Shown here: positions 49,601-54,818 of the stretch, piece after piece
Layout: each line of letters starts with the position of its first letter
Numbering within the stretch: the stretch's first letter is position 1
IMG/VR virus record: IMGVR_UViG_3300017783_000027
Span: 1 to 54,818 of that record
Reading direction: 5' to 3' (one strand)
Length of the DNA stretch: 54,818 nt
Source of the DNA: a virus
Taxonomy: Duplodnaviria; Caudoviricetes
Program-made: the position numbers and the translations under genes
The notes under the pieces: generated by a model
What the model saw: the letters and a program-made list of their open reading frames with translations, nothing else
What the model was told of the DNA's origin: nothing
Database searches by the model: none

Positions 49601-49998
49601 CTGGTTCATTTACAGACACCAACTATCCAAATAGTGTAGGTGCAACGCAACCTTATGACCAATCAAGAGAAACTACTGAACAAAACGGTGGTCGTGTGTA
49701 CTACACTTCTACTGACCACTTAGGTAACTTTAGAGTTGGTTCGCAGTTTAAGATTGACCAGGCAACTGGTACTGCTACACTAAACGCAGACGCATTTGAC
49801 CTTTCTGGTTTGACAGAGTTACAACTTGGTTCAATTGGTGCTCAAATCGGTGCAACAATTAACGAATTTAGTACAGACGGTACACTATCAGGTAATTCTG
49901 ATACGGCTGTTCCAACGGAACAAGCAGTTAAGACTTATGTAGATGGTAACTCGTTCTCAACTGGTAAAGGGATTGCAATGGCAATCGTTTTTGGTTAA
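46678..49998 (+). CDS. long tail fibre / tailspike with carbohydrate-binding repeats and pectin-lyase-like region
   Basis: N-terminal W/Y...T.Y...DVV.YGG repeats; YVAPSGSD.N.GT..PYKT; GDSLR; SPYI.NCT; C-terminal AIVFG. Confidence 0.8.
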   Translation: MADFVLGRLKFVWKGDWATSTAYIVDDVVKYGGNTFVCKFNHTSSATFESDLTASPVRWEKMVSGQDYKGTYANSTYYKVDDVVKYGASLWICTTAHTSGATLDETKFSIYVPGLEFEDTWSSSTQYQSGDIVNYGGYTYVAQQQNLNVVPTDASAQWEALTTGFKLTGVYSASTAYKTGDVVKYGGNTYVCKADGLTAGQYLPTSTSHFDLLVEGISLKGVWDVNTSYKIGESVIYLNSSYLAVIDNNGQTPVVGGDSGYWKLFTQGDPAGILTTQGDLIIRDAVGATRLGIGRAGDRLVVSANGNQLEYQTPTASNEIYVAPSGSDTNPGTESLPYKTLKKAASVAQTNGISQISGVAGGTGGTPNTYRNVAITGGSSSGATADVVTDGSSVASVTIVNNGTGWSEGNTATIAGANIGGATDVTFSVETVQFGDTIRMQGGTYEEVFPIIIPSGTTLFGDSLRGTRIEPAAGSSTSVATIDTVGANDASRTPGTYTNVATTSAGSGTGLKVTVVVDGSSAITVAVTYGGANYADNEVITIADTVLGNGGGANLTCQVATLHNNNACSMLLVNNSTYISFMTFQGMTTGANVCSLDPSGSITTASPYIHNCTSVNTGTTGMLIDGFAQASGNKSMVANDFTQINSDGTGVLATNGGRAELVSVFTYYCDKGFHATTGGTLRALNCSNAYGEYGALADGVTSTETPGEVQARGHQLKYVKLSGNIASATPAAGDSLTGATSGATATLLGHVASTFKLKFENLSGTFLPNETVNVTGSSSYNFVTTKLDANLVDEATKTITGITSANPAVVTSANHGLQNGTKIVISGVVGMTEVNTNTYYVQNTATNTFSLSSSDDPTVTTNVDSSAFTAYTSGGVITPKNVVTGQTGYLFHVDSTSSFLGTAGAMGVGQNFQFAGDSQYYRVTAATEEDTTNRRALVAITPERTSPVPDNTEADVTKLFSNIRLTGHDFLSIGTGSFTDTNYPNSVGATQPYDQSRETTEQNGGRVYYTSTDHLGNFRVGSQFKIDQATGTATLNADAFDLSGLTELQLGSIGAQIGATINEFSTDGTLSGNSDTAVPTEQAVKTYVDGNSFSTGKGIAMAIVFG
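46714..47465 (+). repeat. about five CBM5/12-like coding repeats of roughly 50 aa
   Basis: GDWATSTAY.VDDVVKYGG, GTYANSTYY.VDDVVKYG, DTWSSSTQY..GDIVNYGG, GVYSASTAY.TGDVVKYGG, GVWDVNTSY.IGESV. Confidence 0.75.
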
Positions 49999-50027
49999 CA
50001 ATAAATATAAGCAGAGGAAAATAACAA

Positions 50028-50387
50028 ATGGCAATTCCAAATATAGTAAACGTAGCAACCATTAATGGTAAAACTGATTCTGGTGAATTGAATACAACAT
50101 ATACAACTTCACTAGTAACAAATGCTGGGTCTTCTGGAAAGTCTTACAAAATTAATAATGTAACAATTACTAATAAGGCTGGTTCAGACACAACATTCAG
50201 AGTATCATTCTATGATGGTTCTACCGATAGATTTATAGCCTACAACGTTAACTGTCCCGCTAATACAGTGGTTTTCGTAACAGATAAAAACTCTAGTTTC
50301 TATCTGGAAGAAGGCGACCAAATTAGAGGTGGTGCAGCTACTAACAGTAGACTTGATTGGCTTGTTTCTTACGAAATCATTTCGTAG
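50028..50387 (+). CDS. small beta-sandwich virion adaptor (paralog of 45865..46215)
   Basis: MA.PNIVNV..I.G; YLEEGD; follows an AIVFG-ending gene. Confidence 0.7.
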   Translation: MAIPNIVNVATINGKTDSGELNTTYTTSLVTNAGSSGKSYKINNVTITNKAGSDTTFRVSFYDGSTDRFIAYNVNCPANTVVFVTDKNSSFYLEEGDQIRGGAATNSRLDWLVSYEIIS

Positions 50388-50418
50388 TATAAGTTAAACA
50401 GATTTAGAGGAGAGATTA

Positions 50419-51807
50419 ATGGCTACAGGACCAATATACGGCAGAAAATCGTCACGAAGAATGAATGGTTCCATTCTTGGTTCTCATATGCATTCCACGT
50501 GGCACAGAAAATTATCAAATGTTCATAGAACGGATGGTACGGACGGCTATGCGCCTCACTCTGGACTATTTGACATGAGACAAGTATTGTCTATGACTAT
50601 GAATGATGGTTATGTTCCTTTTGGTTCAGGTGTTAATACAACTTCTACAATTGCACACCACACTTATCCTAACGTAGTAAATTATACTAGTGAAATTTTT
50701 GGTGGTGGTTCAGGACAAGGTGTTAGAGACGTAAACTCAGGTCCTAGTAACGCATACAGTCAGTACAGTCACGGTGGTGGTAATAAAAATCAATCAAATG
50801 GTAATTCAGAATCAGCGGCTAGTGCTATGGTTTATTTTCACGATGGAAATTACAACTGGTCTAAAGCAAGTGAATACTACAATGGTGGATACGGTAGTTA
50901 TGGTACACAAGGTTTTAGAGACAGGACTTCAGCAGCTGCTAACTGGAGATACAGACAAATTATTGCCTTAACTTATACAGGTGGTGGTTACAAAAGTGGT
51001 TCTCCTTGGAGACAAGTACATAGAAGTATGCATAGTACAGACCAAACTACAAACTTAGGTACTATTGCCGACCATGCAGGTTCTTATATTGCCGGAGCAA
51101 ATAACGCTACTACATTCTTTTTATGGTCTACACCTACAGATAACGCAAACTCAACTGCTTCGACAAGAACATCAGCAGTTCACATGTTCACTGATACAGG
51201 TAAGTCACATAACAGTAACTACGATTTGTATAATTCAAGACAAGATTTATCTTCTTCTCAAAAAGAGTTAGACTTAGCATTTCAAACAGGCTCAGGTTCA
51301 TCTAACTTTGAGGTGTTTAATCTTATAACAGAAACAAAATTCACACAGTTTGGTGGTAACTTAACATCAACTGGTTCAGCATTTTCTGATAAAGATAATG
51401 GTTATCATTGGGACGATGGTTCTGGTTGTAAAATTAATTACTATTCTTTTTCACATCAATCCACAACTCATTGGTCTAATCACGGACAACAAAAAGGTAT
51501 CAACTCTAAAAACAGAATTGGTTATTGTGGTAACGAAGGAGATTACAACGGTGGTTATAACTACAGAAGATGGAATTTAACAAACGATACTAACATTGGT
51601 ACAGTTGGTAAAATTGAGCAAAACATGGGTGAAGAAAATTACGGAATGGGACAAGACTGGCAGTATATGATTGGTAACTATGATGGTTCTCAGAATAACG
51701 AAAACCATAAACTGTACTATGCTACAGATACAGGTACTACTGTTTCAGGATTAAGTCCTACTGCTAATGCAGGTCAAAGTTCAGGTCACTGTGCCTGGAG
51801 AGGTTAA
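50419..51807 (+). CDS. Gly/Ser/Asn/His-rich virion protein with putative beta-propeller C-terminus
   Basis: Repeated blade-like units (Y.GGG, GY..., .TDT) about every 40 aa in the C-terminal half. Confidence 0.6.
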   Translation: MATGPIYGRKSSRRMNGSILGSHMHSTWHRKLSNVHRTDGTDGYAPHSGLFDMRQVLSMTMNDGYVPFGSGVNTTSTIAHHTYPNVVNYTSEIFGGGSGQGVRDVNSGPSNAYSQYSHGGGNKNQSNGNSESAASAMVYFHDGNYNWSKASEYYNGGYGSYGTQGFRDRTSAAANWRYRQIIALTYTGGGYKSGSPWRQVHRSMHSTDQTTNLGTIADHAGSYIAGANNATTFFLWSTPTDNANSTASTRTSAVHMFTDTGKSHNSNYDLYNSRQDLSSSQKELDLAFQTGSGSSNFEVFNLITETKFTQFGGNLTSTGSAFSDKDNGYHWDDGSGCKINYYSFSHQSTTHWSNHGQQKGINSKNRIGYCGNEGDYNGGYNYRRWNLTNDTNIGTVGKIEQNMGEENYGMGQDWQYMIGNYDGSQNNENHKLYYATDTGTTVSGLSPTANAGQSSGHCAWRG

Positions 51808-51816
51808 TTTAAAACG

Positions 51817-51824
51817 TATAAATA
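51817..51824 (+). promoter_or_regulatory. T4-type late promoter TATAAATA
   Basis: Exact consensus. Confidence 0.8.
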
Positions 51825-51850
51825 ATAGTACATTATATTAAGGAGATACT

Positions 51851-52726
51851 ATGAGTAAAAGAATTGACATGAGTAACGACACGGCTATTATTGAATATGC
51901 CAATGGTGAAGTAAGTCATCACAATCCTAAATTTAAAATGGAACATTTTGTAGGCGGTTCTATGCTTACGCCATTTAAAAGGATGCACCAATACCTAGTT
52001 GAATTAAGAACAAAACAAGATTCGTTTTTACATTGTGAATGGGAATTGAAGAAAAAAGAAATTGAATTACTAATTGAAGAGAAGAAATATAAAAGAGCCA
52101 AAGATTCAAAAGTAGATGAATTAGAAGCACAATATATTGAATTAGATTTATTGAATATTCGTAAAGACTGTAAACAGTATAGAGAGAGAATGAAACAAGC
52201 TCTCAGAGAAAAAGATGATACTTTAGAGTTAATACGAGAATTGAATGAAAGTCCAGAAGGTAAACTTGAAGACGGTACACCTATTATGGATGTATTTGGT
52301 AATAAAGAATTAGAAGAAAAGTTAGAAAAAGAGTATTGGACTTTGAGAATGGCGAAACAATGTGCTACAGAAATGTTAGCATATGGTAAAATTGGTACAG
52401 GAAACATTGACGCAATCGCTATGTTACCACCACCACAACAAAAAGAAATATTAAAGATTGCTACTGATTATACAGTAAGATTTGATATTAACATGAATCA
52501 ATTGACAAATCAAGCAGTAAGTGATTTACGTATTGGTTATGTTAATGAACAGAGACAAAAAGCATTGAAGAGTATTGGTATTTCACAAGGTGTTGAAGAC
52601 CCTAATCTACTTAAAAATATAGAAGAAAACCACCAACCTGACAATAATACTCTTATAAATAATAAGTATAACAATGAAGAACAATCGCCGTCACAAAATA
52701 CAGGCGAATGGACAACAGAAAAATAG
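51851..52726 (+). CDS. coiled-coil protein
   Basis: F....FV.....TP; long E/K-rich heptads; E.EYW..R.AKQ.A..G.IG.GN. Confidence 0.7.
   Translation: MSKRIDMSNDTAIIEYANGEVSHHNPKFKMEHFVGGSMLTPFKRMHQYLVELRTKQDSFLHCEWELKKKEIELLIEEKKYKRAKDSKVDELEAQYIELDLLNIRKDCKQYRERMKQALREKDDTLELIRELNESPEGKLEDGTPIMDVFGNKELEEKLEKEYWTLRMAKQCATEMLAYGKIGTGNIDAIAMLPPPQQKEILKIATDYTVRFDINMNQLTNQAVSDLRIGYVNEQRQKALKSIGISQGVEDPNLLKNIEENHQPDNNTLINNKYNNEEQSPSQNTGEWTTEK
52654..52661 (+). promoter_or_regulatory. T4-type late promoter TATAAATA
   Basis: Exact consensus inside the 3' end of the upstream gene. Confidence 0.6.
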
Positions 52727-52735
52727 GAATAGCAA

Positions 52736-53476
52736 ATGGCAAATCAATACGTTTTATTTAAAAAGAATTCTATAGAACAAAAACCAGGCTGGATTACAGA
52801 TTATCACAATTACTGTGGTTATGGCGTTGGTGTTATCACAGACGAAATGCAAGATTTAAGAGTTGAGTTGGACCATATACATGCAGAAATTATTCCTTAT
52901 TCAACTGCTAAAGGTGTTTTGTTTGCAGACTCATATGATGGAACAATTTCAATCAAACCAGGTACTACAGTATCAGATGAATTTCCTCAAATAGTAGGTT
53001 CTGGTGAAGCTGCGAAAACAACATATACATTGGATAGTGATGACACAGCACAATCAGTTTTATTCAATAAGGTATTATTCAAAAGAATTATTAGAGACAG
53101 ATACAATCAACATTGGTTGGCATTATCTCAAGCAAGTGCATTAGAGAAACAATCTTGGTCTGTTCAACAAGCAGAAGCAGAGGCGTGGACAGCAGATAAT
53201 ACTGTTTCAACACCGACACTTTCTACTTTAGCAACAGCAAGAGGTTTAACAGTATCAGCATTAGTATCAAAAATTAATGCGAAAGTTACAGCATACAACA
53301 GTTCAGTAGCAACTTTACTAGGTGAACAAAAAGACCTAGAGGATGAAGTTGACGCATGTACAACAATTGCAGAGTTACATAGATGGAGACATTTAAAAGG
53401 TATCTCGGCCGTTTCTACAGCACAAGCAACAGATGAGCCAGGTCTCGCTGACGCACCATTAATAATTAGTTTTTAA
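52736..53476 (+). CDS. putative fibre-assembly/chaperone-like protein
   Basis: E..SW..Q..EA.A....TP.L..LA..RG....LV.KI pattern. Confidence 0.6.
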   Translation: MANQYVLFKKNSIEQKPGWITDYHNYCGYGVGVITDEMQDLRVELDHIHAEIIPYSTAKGVLFADSYDGTISIKPGTTVSDEFPQIVGSGEAAKTTYTLDSDDTAQSVLFNKVLFKRIIRDRYNQHWLALSQASALEKQSWSVQQAEAEAWTADNTVSTPTLSTLATARGLTVSALVSKINAKVTAYNSSVATLLGEQKDLEDEVDACTTIAELHRWRHLKGISAVSTAQATDEPGLADAPLIISF

Positions 53477-53519
53477 TTAATCGCCATCTTTGATGGCTTG
53501 AAATGATGAGATTTATATT

Positions 53520-54818
53520 ATGTTTAGTGTACCACTAAATCCCAAATTAACTCCGGAACAGTTTGATACTTTTCTGGAGTTCCTCAAACGAAATAAAAAA
53601 TATATCTATGATGTTTATTATACATCAAGGATGGCACCCTTTGAACAAGACGCAATGGGTGATGTATTTCCAGAGTTAGAACAAAACTTAATTTCAGAAA
53701 ACGCATATATCATTCCTAAGCAGACAGGTATTCCTTTGTCTGCCACATTTAATAATATAGAAGTACCACCAACAGACGCAAATTTAGACTTATTCATAAA
53801 AAATTTTAAGAATCTGTATGACAAGGGTATTCGTATCGTAACTATACCACACACCCTTTGGATGCTGTCTGGTAAGTTCCAACGTGCATATCCAGACGTA
53901 CTTGTAAAGAATACTATTCTCCGAAATACACAAAGACTTAATGAAATAGTTAAACAAGTAGAGGCCGGTTTTGATTATATTAATTTAGACCGAGACTTAA
54001 TGCGTAATGAAGACTTTTTAAAATCATTAACAAAGGTTAAAGAACACTGTAAGACTAAACTTGGTGTAGATGTAAAGATTAGTTTACTTGCAAACGAGGG
54101 TTGTTGGGGCAATTGTCCTGTACAAGATGAACATTTTTTATATAACAACACAAGAAAAACGGGTTTAGAACCAACATATTTCAAAACTAAAATTAGTTAC
54201 TTCTCATGTCCTAAATGGGAAGAACAAGACCCAGCATATCAGTGGCGTATCGCAAATTTTCCACCTTGGAAAGAAGAGTGGGATAGATTACTTACTTACA
54301 TTGATGTAATTAAAATGCATGGTAGAGAAAGTTCTCAAAGACTATTTGAGAGTATGAATATCATTGATAGATTTAGAGAAGGAAAGGAAATATTATTTCC
54401 AGAGTTTGAAGAGTTTATTAATAAACAAAAGTTTGCTGAAAAAAGAATTAAAGTATGGCGTGAGACTATTAAGAATTGCCAGTTTAATTGTTGGGACTGT
54501 AATGTATGTGATAAAATAGTAGAAAAAAATAATAGTGCAGAGTACATTAAGGTAGTAAAACAAGCTATAACAAATAGTGGTAGAGGTTTTAGTGGGATAA
54601 CTGATACTACAAAGGCAATAGGTGGCCTTACTTCTGATAAAGTTAAACACCTAGTTAACAATATTTGTAGAAATACACCAGACCCTAGTTACTTAGAAGT
54701 TGGTGTTTTTCAAGGCGCTATATTTACAAGTGCATTAGAAAGAAATAATATCATTGCTTGTGCTGTTGACAATTGGTCAAATACACAAAATGTACCAGCA
54801 GATGATAAGGTAAAAATT
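53520..54818 (+). CDS. 3'-truncated U32-like (TrhP/RlhA/UbiU-type) Fe-S protein fused to a class I SAM methyltransferase
   Basis: Open from ATG 53520 to the window end (433 codons, absent from the track). GFDYINLDRDL, LLANEGCWGNC, IKMHGRE, CQFNCWDCNVC, then YLEVGVFQGA..AVDNW. Confidence 0.7.
   Translation, partial: MFSVPLNPKLTPEQFDTFLEFLKRNKKYIYDVYYTSRMAPFEQDAMGDVFPELEQNLISENAYIIPKQTGIPLSATFNNIEVPPTDANLDLFIKNFKNLYDKGIRIVTIPHTLWMLSGKFQRAYPDVLVKNTILRNTQRLNEIVKQVEAGFDYINLDRDLMRNEDFLKSLTKVKEHCKTKLGVDVKISLLANEGCWGNCPVQDEHFLYNNTRKTGLEPTYFKTKISYFSCPKWEEQDPAYQWRIANFPPWKEEWDRLLTYIDVIKMHGRESSQRLFESMNIIDRFREGKEILFPEFEEFINKQKFAEKRIKVWRETIKNCQFNCWDCNVCDKIVEKNNSAEYIKVVKQAITNSGRGFSGITDTTKAIGGLTSDKVKHLVNNICRNTPDPSYLEVGVFQGAIFTSALERNNIIACAVDNWSNTQNVPADDKVKI

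Noticed and set aside
43710-51807. Diversity-generating retroelement suggested by Mtd-N-like fibre N-termini
   Set aside because: No reverse transcriptase and no adenine-mismatched template/variable repeat pair seen in the window
524-54661. Many antisense or nested track ORFs (e.g. 959..1372, 20355..20774, 26391..26891, 43922..44425, 51919..52407, 53618..54661)
   Set aside because: Shadows of strongly codon-biased genes on the opposite strand or frame; no RBS, promoter or motifs

Overview
AT-rich (roughly one third G+C by eye) segment of a T4-like myovirus genome. Gene order and protein motifs resemble marine cyanophage/pelagiphage-type T4-like phages; a marine, possibly SAR11-like host is inference only. 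Most of the window is the late baseplate/tail module: tape-measure-like protein, gp4, gp48, gp53, hub, lysozyme-less gp5, PAAR, gp25, gp6, gp7, gp9/10-like, gp8, a 2040-aa VrlC-like protein and a long run of fibre and adaptor genes, driven by many TATAAATA-type late promoters. Three accessory blocks interrupt it. (1) About 7.4-14.8 kb: YbaN-like protein, fatty acid desaturase, GNAT-like protein, four 2OG-Fe(II) oxygenases, micro-ORFs, tRNA-Leu(TAA), tRNA-Arg(TCT) and two sigma70 early promoters. (2) About 32.8-42.8 kb: NAD epimerase plus a tightly coupled late operon of QueC-like ATPase, SGNH-like protein, carbamoyltransferase, methyltransferase, glycosyltransferases, radical SAM and a SPASM-GT fusion, with a divergent oxygenase. 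(3) 53.5 kb to the end: a U32-like Fe-S/methyltransferase fusion missing from the ORF track. The most notable signals are the late-expressed modification cassette, a paired C-terminal peptide / next-gene N-terminal domain pattern suggesting daisy-chained fibres, near-total avoidance of GATC and GATGC except after a G, and leaderless late mRNAs. No CRISPR array, integrase, reverse transcriptase or intron was seen. All product calls come from motif recognition and synteny, not database searches.
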